Shown: in pieces, positions 11,085 to 21,668 of the stretch | Layout of the letters: each line of letters starts with the position of its first letter | Numbering within the stretch: position 1 is the stretch's first letter | NCBI GenBank assembly: GCA_019057865.1 | Contig: JAHLWP010000007.1 | Span: 75,005 to 139,004, forward strand | Reading direction: 5' to 3' | DNA: 64,000 nt | DNA from: Promethearchaeota archaeon | GTDB taxonomy: Archaea; Asgardarchaeota; Lokiarchaeia; Sigyniarchaeales; SOKP01 | Program-made: the position numbers and the translations under genes | Notes under the pieces: model-generated | The model's input: the letters and a program-made list of their open reading frames with translations, nothing else | What the model was told of the DNA's origin: nothing | Databases searched by the model: none

Positions 11085-11243
11085 TTATTCTAAAGGAATC
11101 CAATACCTACACACAATACATTGGAGTACCGTCTCAAATTTTTTCTCTTCAGAATTGTTATTGGCAATTTTTCTTGTTATCATTATATTACCGCACTTTT
11201 TACAAATATATAATTCTTTTGCTTTTATTTTTTGTGCGGTCAT
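11085..11243 (-). CDS. Small zinc-ribbon protein (52 aa), not in ORF track
   Basis: MTAQKIKAKELYICKKCGNIMITRKIANNNSEEKKFETVLQCIVCRYWIPLE; two CxxC. Confidence 0.65.
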   Translation of the reverse strand: MTAQKIKAKELYICKKCGNIMITRKIANNNSEEKKFETVLQCIVCRYWIPLE

Positions 11244-11477
11244 GCTCTATTTCACGAAAGTTACATTATTATGTTACCATAAATTTTAATCTAAATATTA
11301 TAAAGGAGAATATTTCTTAATACCAACCCTTTACTTATAATATAGTAAAAATCTATTTATTTAAATTTATTCAAATGGTCTTCTAAGCAAAAATTTGTCG
11401 GATTTTAACATAAAGTTCAATAAATTCAATAATTTAACGAGGTTTTAGGAAGGAAAAGTAGCTTCAAAAATATCAAA

Positions 11478-12389
11478 TTATCTAATTTTTTTATTCTCTT
11501 CCGTTTTTAGAACTGTTATAAGGATTGCTACAAAAACTAAACCACATCCAAGCCAACCTAATATAGTCATTGTTTCATTTCCAATTATAAATGAAGCAAA
11601 AAGAACGGCAAAAACGGGTTCAAGAGTAAAAATTATAGCTGTTTTAGCAGGACCTTGATGTTGTTGCCCCCAATTCTGAAAAATGAATGTTCCTGTAGTA
11701 ACAACTATGCCCATATAAATAATTACCACCCAATAGCCTAACTCAATTGATGAGAAGCTATATGATTCATTTATTAAAAAAGAACTTCCAAAACAGAATA
11801 AACTAATAATCAATAATTGAACAATAGAATATAAGTATATATCTATAAGATTTACAAATTTATCGTTCAAAATTATAAATATTGCATATAAAACAGCACA
11901 TACTAACACTAAAATGTCACCAATAATTATACCTGCCTCACCTTCCAATAAAAGAAATGCCATACCAATTATGGATACAAAAACTGCAATCCATATCCTT
12001 TTATTTAGTGATCGCTTGAATCCAAGCCATGCTATAAATGGAACCATTATTGTACTCAACCCTGTAATAAATGCTGCTTTTCCCGCTGTTGTTGTTTGGA
12101 GTCCTATTGTTTGAAATACAATTGCAAGAAAATAAATTAATCCAGTTATACTTCCCCATAATAAAATCCTTTTATTGACTTGTTTTATTTTGATAAAATA
12201 TGGGAATAATCCAATAATCGCAATTAAAAATCTCAAACCCAGATAAAGAAAAATAGGAACTTCTTGGGTAAGTATCTTAGTTATTATAAAAGAAGTACCC
12301 CATAGCAGTGTAGTTAGGATTAGTAATATTGTTGCAATTATCTTAAGTCTATTTGAAGTGAAAGAGCTATCTCGAATGACCATATCCAT
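11478..12389 (-). CDS. EamA/DMT family transporter
   Basis: LWGTSF, LRFLIA, GLQTTTAGKAAFITGL, TLEPVFA; about 10 hydrophobic segments. Confidence 0.9.
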   Translation of the reverse strand: MDMVIRDSSFTSNRLKIIATILLILTTLLWGTSFIITKILTQEVPIFLYLGLRFLIAIIGLFPYFIKIKQVNKRILLWGSITGLIYFLAIVFQTIGLQTTTAGKAAFITGLSTIMVPFIAWLGFKRSLNKRIWIAVFVSIIGMAFLLLEGEAGIIIGDILVLVCAVLYAIFIILNDKFVNLIDIYLYSIVQLLIISLFCFGSSFLINESYSFSSIELGYWVVIIYMGIVVTTGTFIFQNWGQQHQGPAKTAIIFTLEPVFAVLFASFIIGNETMTILGWLGCGLVFVAILITVLKTEENKKIR

Positions 12390-12888
12390 CTGTTTGATAA
12401 TTTATTAATTACAGAAATATGTAAAAAATAAAAACTATTCTTATTTTATTATGGAGATCTAATAACTATAAAAACTTACACAATAGAAGTATTTAGGACC
12501 AATACTTAAAGAATTTTAAATCCTTATTTTCATCTCTTAAAATAAATATGTTTATTCTTTTTTTTTTTCAATTAAAATGAATTAAAAGAATAAGGGATTA
12601 ATTTCTACTATTAATGCTTTAATAATTGACTGTATTTGAAATGATAATAAATCTATTAAAAAAATATATGATGAATTACTAAAATATATCGAATTATAAC
12701 TTAATAGCCTAGATGATTTCTAGATTTCGAATAGATGAATTGAATTACTCTTTTATAAAAAAAATTTTTCTTTAATTAAAAGATCTTTAAAATTAAAAAA
12801 ATTTAAATATTTTGGGATTGAAATTGATATTAACACCAATGTTTTAAAAAAAATTATTTAAAAAATATTTAATGAGAGTTGAAAAAAT

Positions 12889-13359
12889 TTGGTAGATTTT
12901 AAAAAAGATACTTGGTTATATGGCTTAATCGCTGCAATTTTAGCAATTATTGGGATCTTAGTTCCTGCAGGTGGCCTTGAGGTGGGTGGCGATACCATAT
13001 GGATATGGTTTGGCGATATAGTCGCTTATAATGCTGATGCTGATCCCACTTGGTTTGATCTGGGATATTTTGGTGGTAATACAGCAGGATTATGGACTTT
13101 AGTACTTGCTGCAATGTTTGGTGCCTTATTTTTATGGTACGGCATTCATGGTATGAAAGGGATGGAATTCAAATGGGACTGGTTAGTTTACTTATTAGGT
13201 GGAATTGTTTGTGTCATCTTCCCAATCCTTTTCTGGGCTTTTGCTGCTGAAGCACCACTTGGAGCAGAAATAGTATTTGGTCCCGGTCCACTTTTAATAC
13301 TTTTTGCTGGAGCAGTAGCAATTGTAGCATTTGTGATGGACAAATTCATGGGCGAATAA
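12889..13359 (+). CDS. Hypothetical membrane protein
   Basis: About 4 hydrophobic segments, Gly/Trp-rich; T-tract downstream. Confidence 0.7.
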   Translation: MVDFKKDTWLYGLIAAILAIIGILVPAGGLEVGGDTIWIWFGDIVAYNADADPTWFDLGYFGGNTAGLWTLVLAAMFGALFLWYGIHGMKGMEFKWDWLVYLLGGIVCVIFPILFWAFAAEAPLGAEIVFGPGPLLILFAGAVAIVAFVMDKFMGE

Positions 13360-13618
13360 ACCCAAGAAAAAAACAATAATTTCTAAAAATTCTCTTTTTT
13401 TTTTAATTTTTCACTTAATACTTATAATTTAAAATTCAATTTCCTCTCCCTGCTCTATAATCTCTCTCTAACCAGTATCTTTTGACAAGCTATATATACC
13501 TTATTTATGTATTAAATGCATATTTTCTCTATAAAATATTTATAATAAAGATTTATTATTGTAAATTAATCCCTTAATTAACTAGATATAACTTTATTAG
13601 ATAAAATAAGGTGATCAT

Positions 13619-13985
13619 TTGATTAAAACATATATTGAGATTAATGAAAGAATTAAAAGTGGCAATGTTATAGTAGTAAATGCGGAAGAAATGATAAAAA
13701 TTGTGGAAGATAGCGGTATAAAGATCGCTGCAGAGGAAATAGATGTAGTTACAACAGGTACTTTTGGGTCTATGTGCTCAAGTGGTGCATTCTGACCCCC
13801 CAATAAAATTTGATGTCATCATCGATGATGATAAATGTATTGATTGCGGTGCATGTATATCATTATGTCCGACAGACGCCTTACATTTCAATAGTGATGA
13901 TAGATTAGAATTTTCTTATGAAAAATGTATTGGTTGTTTATTATGTTTAGACTCATGTCCAAGGTATGCAATTGAAGAAATGTAA
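13619..13985 (+). pseudogene. Internally deleted, frameshifted homocysteine-biosynthesis gene (DUF39, L-aspartate semialdehyde sulfurtransferase) joined to a 2x[4Fe-4S] ferredoxin domain
   Basis: After AGGTGA, TTG 13619 reads [58 protein letters not shown]-stop(13795); the +1 frame continues HSDPPIKF then CIDCGACISLCP...CIGCLLCLDSCP. Confidence 0.8.
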
Positions 13986-14021
13986 AGAGATATACTTTAA
14001 AATTTTTTTAGGGTTTAATTA

Positions 14022-15035
14022 TTATTGTTGAGTTATTATTTCAAAAATCTCATCTAATCTAGGTGTTTTTCTTCTTAAAGTAATACAGCGGTCTTCTTCA
14101 CACCCTCTCAATATCGCAATTAATTCATTAAGATGAATTGTAGGAATATCTAATTTTTCTCCGTACCATTTCTTCATTTTTTCTCTATACTCTGGTTTAC
14201 TTAAAGTGTATAAACATGTTGGGCAAGGCATTAATATAAAATCAGCATTAACATTCTCAGCACTTTTTAATTTTTTGAGGGTTACCTTTAAAGCTTCTTT
14301 AGGATGTATTACTAATTGACTAGCACCCCAACCACAACAACTTTCTTTTTCTTGATAATCTACAGGATTTCCACCAAAAAGAGTAATTAGTTCATCTAAT
14401 TTTGTTTTATCTTTTAAATAATTTTCAGCAGTTCTTTTATCTCTGCTTAAATTTAAATAGTGACATCCATAATGAACAGCAACTTTAAGATTTTTTAAAT
14501 CAAATTTTAATGAATTAAGAACTTCATTTCTAATTAAATATAAAAAATCCAAATCGTGAACTAGTCTTAGGTTTGGATTTTTTAAAACTTCATACTTACC
14601 TGGATAATTCTCAGTGTTATTTTTTTCTTTTAACTGATTTAAAATTTCCTGTGTTTTTTTTCTTACTTCATGATTATTTAAAAATTCTCGTCCTCTTAAG
14701 AGACTATTATAACATCCATTACAACTAAATAGAACTATATCTGCTAATTGGTTCATTTCATTTAGATTTCTTTCATTTATTGCAGCAAATTGAGCTCTTG
14801 TTATTAGATTTCTTTGAAAGAAAGTACCACTACAACAAGATTGATTAATACAAGTCTCTACTTTTAATTGAAGTTCTTCTAATAAATCATGAATCCCCCA
14901 TCTTACACCGGGAAAATATTTTTCTAGACAAGCTTTAAATAAGCATAATTTCTTATCTCTGAAAAATTCTATAACATTATTGGGAAATTTTTTTTCTATT
15001 TCATCTAAATTTAAAGCTAAATTGCTAAATTCCAT
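14022..15035 (-). CDS. hdrB: Heterodisulfide reductase subunit B-like (two CCG domains)
   Basis: SCCSG, SCNGC, VHYGCHY, SCCGWG, PCPTC. Confidence 0.82.
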   Translation of the reverse strand: MEFSNLALNLDEIEKKFPNNVIEFFRDKKLCLFKACLEKYFPGVRWGIHDLLEELQLKVETCINQSCCSGTFFQRNLITRAQFAAINERNLNEMNQLADIVLFSCNGCYNSLLRGREFLNNHEVRKKTQEILNQLKEKNNTENYPGKYEVLKNPNLRLVHDLDFLYLIRNEVLNSLKFDLKNLKVAVHYGCHYLNLSRDKRTAENYLKDKTKLDELITLFGGNPVDYQEKESCCGWGASQLVIHPKEALKVTLKKLKSAENVNADFILMPCPTCLYTLSKPEYREKMKKWYGEKLDIPTIHLNELIAILRGCEEDRCITLRRKTPRLDEIFEIITQQ

Positions 15036-15050
15036 CTTAATTTTCCTATA

Positions 15051-15572
15051 CTACTTTTTCTTCTTACCTTTACTTTTATTTGATCTACTTGCTTTAAACA
15101 CGTATTTTATGCGCGCAAAATTACATATAGTATTTAATTCCTCAATTCTTTCTTGTGATAATTTCTCGCCTAAAGGTTCTTCAACAACTATACCACTTGT
15201 TAGAAATCTTTCAGCCATTTCTACATATTTTCTTAAATCATTATATTGAGGACCATATCCCTTTTTGAAACTCTCATTCCTAAGATTGATAATTAATAAC
15301 GGAATATTGATGTTATCTTTTGGGCATACACGGGTACATCTTTCACATAAATAGCAATACCAAATATCAGAATCCTTTAATACACTTTTGTCTCCTCGAA
15401 GAACTTTATTAATTATCTTTCTTATATTAAAATTTGAAACTTTTGATGCAGGACAATCTCCAACACATTTTCCACAAGATATACATTGAATTATATTTTT
15501 ATTTTCATCTACATCATCTACAAGTTCTTCATAAAAGTCCCAATTCCAGTCTGAATCAGAATATTCGTCCAT
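15051..15572 (-). CDS. hdrC: Heterodisulfide reductase subunit C-like
   Basis: CISCGKCVGDCP and IWYCYLCERCTRVCP; directly upstream of hdrB. Confidence 0.85.
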   Translation of the reverse strand: MDEYSDSDWNWDFYEELVDDVDENKNIIQCISCGKCVGDCPASKVSNFNIRKIINKVLRGDKSVLKDSDIWYCYLCERCTRVCPKDNINIPLLIINLRNESFKKGYGPQYNDLRKYVEMAERFLTSGIVVEEPLGEKLSQERIEELNTICNFARIKYVFKASRSNKSKGKKKK

Positions 15573-15733
15573 TATTTTACATTTTAATGATTTAATATTT
15601 TGTAATATCTCTTTCTATGAGAGATTCATAATTCATTGTAAAAAAATGTAAGGTTTTTTGTTCATAAAACAAGACTAATAATCCCGAAGAGGAAAAAATT
15701 CAAATTTAATAATAAAAAAAAAAAATAAATAGT

Positions 15734-16492
15734 TTATTCACTTTTTAAAAAGATTTCTTTCATCCATCTTGGTAAAAGAAAACCTCCATAAAATTCAATC
15801 GCACTTGTTATTAACAGTAACCGAACAATAACGACCAATATCGATAGAAGTGGGTCAGCAGGATCTTCAAAAACTGCTCCAAGGGAAGAATCTAAAACTG
15901 CAGCGACTGTAAAAGTAATGAAAGCAGCACGGAGTAGTTTACCTTTCAATCGTACTTCCCGATCATCGGACTTAACCGATTTTTGAGCGAAAATAACTCC
16001 AGTAATTAACATTATTAGGATAATAAGTATTAGATAGATTGTTATAAAAATGCCAAAATCTACTGTGAAGGGTCGTGTAGGATTAATTATTCCTATTAAA
16101 TCAATATCTATGAAAAACATAATGAAAAATGTTACTTCAAATATTAACGAAAAAATATAAGTTAAAAGTACTGCTATTAATTGAATCCTTTTATTGATCA
16201 TATCTGTATATGCCACCATCCAGCATAAAAGTGCTATTGGAATAAATACATTACCAATAATGAAGTACCATCTTACTGGTAAGGACTCCCCAACAATTAA
16301 ATTCATTAAGAAGCTAATAGAGTCAGGCCACCAAGGTAAAGAAACTCCTACCCAAGATAAACCCACTAAAAAATATAACCGAGATTTATATTTAGGGTAT
16401 TTTGATAAAATTGCAAATCCTAATATCAATGAAATGATAACAAAGATTAAACTAAAACTACCTTGTAAAATATCTACTGGTTCGAGGGTCAA
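15734..16492 (-). CDS. Hypothetical polytopic membrane protein (about 7 TM)
   Basis: About seven hydrophobic stretches, short loops, no soluble domain. Confidence 0.75.
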   Translation of the reverse strand: MTLEPVDILQGSFSLIFVIISLILGFAILSKYPKYKSRLYFLVGLSWVGVSLPWWPDSISFLMNLIVGESLPVRWYFIIGNVFIPIALLCWMVAYTDMINKRIQLIAVLLTYIFSLIFEVTFFIMFFIDIDLIGIINPTRPFTVDFGIFITIYLILIILIMLITGVIFAQKSVKSDDREVRLKGKLLRAAFITFTVAAVLDSSLGAVFEDPADPLLSILVVIVRLLLITSAIEFYGGFLLPRWMKEIFLKSE

Positions 16493-16575
16493 TAAATTTC
16501 ACCAAATTTTTAAAAAATTGCATATAAATTTATTGAATTAAAATTAACTTTTTAGCATAAATAGTTTTGCCTAAA

Positions 16576-17664
16576 TTAAATTACTTCATAATTTATATAC
16601 GATGGGTGCCCCTCTAATTGATCTAATAGCAATTTAAGATGAGTTAGATATTCATCTAGCGAAAGAGATTGATTCTTATACCTTTTAGTTATTCTTTCAA
16701 ATATATAAAAAGGTGTAAATTTAATGAAATGGACATCCGAAAAACTATAAACAAAACCCTTTGCTTCATAAATAAATTGTTTCTCAATTAGTTCCGTAAA
16801 TAGATCTTGTTTATTATTTAAAATATTCAAGGATTCATCTACAGAAAGTCTCTTTTTTCTTAACATTTTTAATAATGAAAAAACATCTTTATCTACTATT
16901 ACCGTTTGTAGAATTGTTTTATTCTCAATATCTGTCACAGAATCATAGTTTATAAAAAATTCAATCAACGCTTTCTTATACTTTCTTAAAACTTTCTCTT
17001 CTATTTGTTCATTTGGCAAATTCTTAGGAGGAATTCGTGTACAAGAAAGATCCTTTATTAAGAAATAACATTCTTTGATTCCAGGGATATTCTCTTTAAT
17101 AATTAAGTTCTCTTGGATGAAAGAAATTAGTAATAAATCAATATTAATAGTCGAGAATCCATATTCTTGCCTTAAAATATTGGTTAATTCCAATTTAGAT
17201 ATTACACCATTTCTTAGAATCTCTAGAATAGTGAATTTTATTCTATCTTGGAAAAAGCTAATTAAGTTTTCTTCTTCATCTAATTTAGAATAATTAATTA
17301 TAGTATTAAATGCCTCAGAAATAGCACGAGTAATTTTATTAGTATTGATCAATTCTACTAAATTCCTACTAATAATTGCTAAGATATCAGGAGAATCTTT
17401 TATAATATTTTCAAACATATTTTTTTTATTATAAACTAAAACTATAAAGTATATTTCACCTTCAAATTTTTGTATAATTGAAGTAAAATGGTAATTACCC
17501 TCTTCATGAAGGAATTCTATTATTGAATTTTCTTTATTTAATTCATGCTTAGCCCAAATTTTCAAGAATAAATCTTTTGGAGGAAAAGACTTTTCTGGTG
17601 GATATTGGATTATAGGTTCTGGACCTGTTGATTTATTCCAATAAACCAAAATAATTCTTTCCAT
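16576..17664 (-). CDS. Putative uDENN/longin-domain protein with a C-terminal winged-helix-like region
   Basis: N-terminal ILVYWNKSTGPEPIIQYPP resembles the beta-strand/GP/x3-4-YP start of uDENN-longin domains (NPRL2/3-like). Confidence 0.55.
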   Translation of the reverse strand: MERIILVYWNKSTGPEPIIQYPPEKSFPPKDLFLKIWAKHELNKENSIIEFLHEEGNYHFTSIIQKFEGEIYFIVLVYNKKNMFENIIKDSPDILAIISRNLVELINTNKITRAISEAFNTIINYSKLDEEENLISFFQDRIKFTILEILRNGVISKLELTNILRQEYGFSTINIDLLLISFIQENLIIKENIPGIKECYFLIKDLSCTRIPPKNLPNEQIEEKVLRKYKKALIEFFINYDSVTDIENKTILQTVIVDKDVFSLLKMLRKKRLSVDESLNILNNKQDLFTELIEKQFIYEAKGFVYSFSDVHFIKFTPFYIFERITKRYKNQSLSLDEYLTHLKLLLDQLEGHPSYINYEVI

Positions 17665-17814
17665 ATTTAAATTATAACAATTATTCTATTAATTTTTATG
17701 TAATATACTTAAGATTACATAGTAATATAGTTTTGAATTAAATTAACTATTATATTCTAAATTATGTGTTTCCAATATTTTAAAAATAGATATGGTTTTC
17801 AAATAGAAATGAAT

Positions 17815-18066
17815 TTAAAAAAATTGAGGATAAGTTTGCTCTATTTTATCTAAAGTCAAAGTTAAGAAATTAAGTAAGTCCTTATTATTAGAAATGTTGA
17901 TATTATCAATAACATTGTTTAATATTTGATTTCCAATTTTAATGTCATTCTCAGTAAATCCTTCTTTTTTATTTCTGAATAAATAATTGAATTCTTGTTC
18001 TAACCATATGAGTTCTTCTTTTATGGTATCTTCCAAAATTCTATTATAATTTTCATTAACACTCAT
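17815..18066 (-). CDS. Hypothetical protein
   Basis: 83-aa helical, acidic ORF. Confidence 0.6.
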   Translation of the reverse strand: MSVNENYNRILEDTIKEELIWLEQEFNYLFRNKKEGFTENDIKIGNQILNNVIDNINISNNKDLLNFLTLTLDKIEQTYPQFF

Positions 18067-18379
18067 TCTAAATCCATTCTGAAATTATATAATTATTCAT
18101 TCTTACTGCTTTATAAATTAAATAGTCTTCTAACTTATAAAATTTCTATGAATAACGTTTTTTTATAATAATGAAACGAACAATTATGAAACTCATGAAT
18201 TATTTATATATGAGATTTAATTCTTTAGTTTTTGTCTTATTATCCGATAGAATTAAATTAATTTTTTTTAAGAACTTACCAAAAGAGAGAAACGATTAGG
18301 TAATATGAGGTATTAAATAAAATTAATATTAAATAGAATTAGAGATAATAAAGAAATATCATCGAAAAAAAGGAGGAGG

Positions 18380-19207
18380 ATGGTTAATATACCTAAAATA
18401 AAAGTTGACGATATTAATATTTATTATGAAATCTATGGAAATGGGGTTCCCCTTATTTTCATAATGGGACAGAGTGGTCATGTTAAGCATTTCAAGTCTT
18501 CTCTACTATTTCAAGACTTTGAAATATTGATTTTTAAAAAATTTAAGACAATAATTTTTGATAATAGAGGAATTGGACAAACAGATGATGGAGATAAGCA
18601 ATATACCATAAAAATATTAGCTGATGATGTAGCAGGATTGTTAGATGCTTTAAAATTTGGGAAAGTGAATATAATAGGTTTTAGTATGGGAGGAATGATT
18701 GCTCAAGAATTAATAATTAATTATCCTGAAAAAGTTGAGAAAGTAGTTATTGGTTCAACCCATTGTGGAAGACCGAAATATATCATGCCTTCAAAGGAGA
18801 TCTTTTCTGGAAAATCTCCTTTCCAAGAAGGTGTATCTCCAGAACAAATAATAAAAAGCCAGATCCCACTTGTATATAACGAAGCTTTCATTAAAACCCA
18901 TCCGGATTCTATAGAGTCAATAATCCAAAACTATATTTCTCATCAAGTTCCTCTTGAAGTGCAACGTAAACAAATTAATGCTGTGTTAAGATTTAAGTCG
19001 CATAGAAGATTGAAAAATATTCAAGTTCCCACTTTAATTCTGCATGGAAAACAAGATCTTCTTGTTCCTCCTCAAAACGCAGAAATTTTGGCTGATTTAA
19101 TCCCGGGGGCAAAATTAAAATTATTTGAAAATAGCGGGCATGGTTTAGTTACTGAGCAAGCGGAAGCTGTCATGAATGCCATCATAGATTTTATGGGAAC
19201 TCATTAA
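18380..19207 (+). CDS. Alpha/beta hydrolase
   Basis: DNRGIG, GFSMGG nucleophile elbow, HGKQD, SGH; AGGAGG RBS. Confidence 0.9.
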   Translation: MVNIPKIKVDDINIYYEIYGNGVPLIFIMGQSGHVKHFKSSLLFQDFEILIFKKFKTIIFDNRGIGQTDDGDKQYTIKILADDVAGLLDALKFGKVNIIGFSMGGMIAQELIINYPEKVEKVVIGSTHCGRPKYIMPSKEIFSGKSPFQEGVSPEQIIKSQIPLVYNEAFIKTHPDSIESIIQNYISHQVPLEVQRKQINAVLRFKSHRRLKNIQVPTLILHGKQDLLVPPQNAEILADLIPGAKLKLFENSGHGLVTEQAEAVMNAIIDFMGTH

Positions 19208-19374
19208 ATTAAAAAAAATATAATCTTTAGTTTGTGTTAAATGTAAAAGGAGTTACCTCATTAAATGGTTTTGTTAAAAATGATAACCTAACTTTAATAG
19301 AAATTAAATTCTATATAATATTTATTTAATCTAAAATCTTACAATTTAGCACAGAAATGTTGGATTGATGAAGA

Positions 19375-19809
19375 TTGAAAAGAATTTCTCGAAAGATAAT
19401 TGATGTGTTTTCATTAGGACATATAGTATTTGGATTAAATATAAACTCGTTTTTTATGTTATTTTTCCAATTCAATATAACCTACAAACAGGGAATTGTT
19501 TTATCACCATTCAGTCTTTTGGTATTTATTGGATGGGAATTGATTGAGCATACATTTGTTTATAAATTTATTTACAGTCGGGTTCTAAAAAATTGGTCGG
19601 AAAGCAAAAAAAACTCATTAATGGATGTTGTAATCTCTGAAACTACATTCTACGTAGCTTTTTTAATTTTATACGTTTTAATTTATAATATTTTAGTTTC
19701 AATGGTCAATTTGGCTATTTCATTATCATTAATCCCAATTGTAGTTATAATCATAATAAAAAGTAACAAAAAGAATTTTTTCAATTTTGACAAAACTGGA
19801 AAGCCTTAA
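19375..19809 (+). CDS. Hypothetical membrane protein
   Basis: Hydrophobic; D.FS.GH, WELIEH, ES..NS..D pattern. Confidence 0.6.
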   Translation: MKRISRKIIDVFSLGHIVFGLNINSFFMLFFQFNITYKQGIVLSPFSLLVFIGWELIEHTFVYKFIYSRVLKNWSESKKNSLMDVVISETTFYVAFLILYVLIYNILVSMVNLAISLSLIPIVVIIIIKSNKKNFFNFDKTGKP

Positions 19810-19888
19810 ATATTTTTGAAATTATTTATTTATTTTAATCTTGGGAATAATTTTTAGAAATATTATTAATAAAAATTACTTTACTTTC

Positions 19889-20062
19889 TTAATCTTCTAA
19901 TTCTTTAAAATAGTATCTCGTGATAATCTTTGAAAGCTCATAGATAGATTGCAAATTATTTGCATTTATTGCATTTTTCAGCTTTTCATATGCATCAGAT
20001 AAACTCATAACAAAATTTTCCCTTAAATTATTTAATGGTATTATTTTTTCTTTTTCATTCAT
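19889..20062 (-). CDS. Small hypothetical protein (57 aa), not in ORF track
   Basis: Open frame MNEKEKIIPLNNLRENFVMSLSDAYEKLKNAINANNLQSIYELSKIITRYYFKELED. Confidence 0.35.
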   Translation of the reverse strand: MNEKEKIIPLNNLRENFVMSLSDAYEKLKNAINANNLQSIYELSKIITRYYFKELED

Positions 20063-20277
20063 ACGCTACTAATTATGATTAAAAATAAAAAATGGAGATA
20101 ATATCTCAATAATATGGCATATGCTAAAAAATCCAAAAATTACGATTATTAATTCTTGAATTTTTTCTGAAATTCAAGGATAATAAAAAAAAAATAAACA
20201 GTTGTAAGTAATTTATAACTAGTAATATAGTATAAATTCTTAAAAACTGTTATTAACTTAGTTGATACTTTAAAATA

Positions 20278-20520
20278 TTACCGGAAGGTATCTCTCTTCA
20301 TGCGTGGTCCCTTTTCAGTAATTCGTACATCTTTTGCTTGTTTGCCTTTTTGACCCTCAACTATTTCAAAATCAACTTTATCTCCTTCGTATAATGTTCT
20401 AAAACCACTTTCATCATCAAGAATGCCACTAAAATGGACAAAAATATCTTCGCCTTTATCGGAAGTAATGAATCCATATCCCTTCCGGCTATTAAACCAC
20501 TTTACAATTCCATTAACCAT
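20278..20520 (-). CDS. csp: Cold-shock protein (CSD)
   Basis: [15 protein letters not shown] (RNP1), DIFVHFS (RNP2), GQKGKQA. Confidence 0.95.
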   Translation of the reverse strand: MVNGIVKWFNSRKGYGFITSDKGEDIFVHFSGILDDESGFRTLYEGDKVDFEIVEGQKGKQAKDVRITEKGPRMKRDTFR

Positions 20521-20685
20521 TATTGAAACCTATTAGAGTACATAATAATTAGTATTTATTGCTTCAAATTGAAACAACTAAACCCTTAACATTTTTCATT
20601 ATAAATAACTTTATGGTTTTTTAAATCCATTAATATTAAATTTAATCTGTAAAAGAGAGATCTAATAGATAAATTCTTTTATATC

Positions 20686-21528
20686 TTATCTTTTTTTCTC
20701 TAAATACTTAATAAGGATATAATAGAGAATAAACATTAATACAAGAACACCTAAAATGATTAATAATATAATATTGAAATAAATAGATTGTTCCTGAAGT
20801 GCTCCAGGAGGTAATGTATCGAAATCAATTGGTAGGGAAAGGCTATACTTACTAAAAAATAAAGATCCTAGTAATGCATAAAAAAAAGCCCTAAAAATTG
20901 AACCTATTAAAGTCCCTATTGAATATTTTTTTATGTCAATATCGACTAAGCCTGAAGTGTAAGATATAACATCAAAAGGGATAAAAGGAATAAAACGAGT
21001 GATAATAATTGCCTTCATACCATGTTTTTTTATAAATTCATCTGCGATGTTTATAGCTTTTTCTCCTACAAATTTTTCTGCTAATGGTCTTCCACCTTTT
21101 TTACTTATATAAAAACATAATATACCGGCAGCCATTGAGCCAATAATACCCATAAAACCCCCCAAGTAAATACCCCAAATCATTCCAGTTGCTAATAAAA
21201 CAACTTCTGATGGAATTGGAACTATAAGTCCCTGAAATGCCATAATTACAATAAATAAGAAAATCCCCATAACCTGTAATTTATAAATCGGATTTACAAA
21301 ATAGTTTATAATAAATTTGTATAAAATAGTTTCATCAATGAAAAAAATATAATATAGAAGAAATAGAGATATCGCAAATAAAAAGATAAATATAGTGATA
21401 TAAATTATTGTTTTCGTATCATATTGTGAAAATTTAATTAAATTTTTGAAATAGCTTTTTAATCTAGCTGAAAAGGGCTGCTTTTCTTTATAATTATCCT
21501 CATTCTCTCTTTTTTCCATTCTACTCAA
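20686..21528 (-). CDS. TVP38/TMEM64 (DedA/VTT) family membrane protein
   Basis: VPIPSEVVLLATG, RFIPFIPFDVISYTSG. Confidence 0.88.
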   Translation of the reverse strand: MSRMEKRENEDNYKEKQPFSARLKSYFKNLIKFSQYDTKTIIYITIFIFLFAISLFLLYYIFFIDETILYKFIINYFVNPIYKLQVMGIFLFIVIMAFQGLIVPIPSEVVLLATGMIWGIYLGGFMGIIGSMAAGILCFYISKKGGRPLAEKFVGEKAINIADEFIKKHGMKAIIITRFIPFIPFDVISYTSGLVDIDIKKYSIGTLIGSIFRAFFYALLGSLFFSKYSLSLPIDFDTLPPGALQEQSIYFNIILLIILGVLVLMFILYYILIKYLEKKR

Positions 21529-21668
21529 AAAATAAAGTAAATATTAAGTAATATATGTAATTTAGATTTAAATAAAAATTATTTTTTTTCTTTAATCTAA
21601 AACAAATTTATTAGTTTGCTTATCTATCTCTTATTATGTATTGATATATTTATTCAAAGTGCTTAAAA

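Noticed and set aside
13793-13795. TGA as selenocysteine in the DUF39 fragment
   Set aside because: Position is not a Cys site, readthrough meets another TGA six codons later, and homology continues in a different frame
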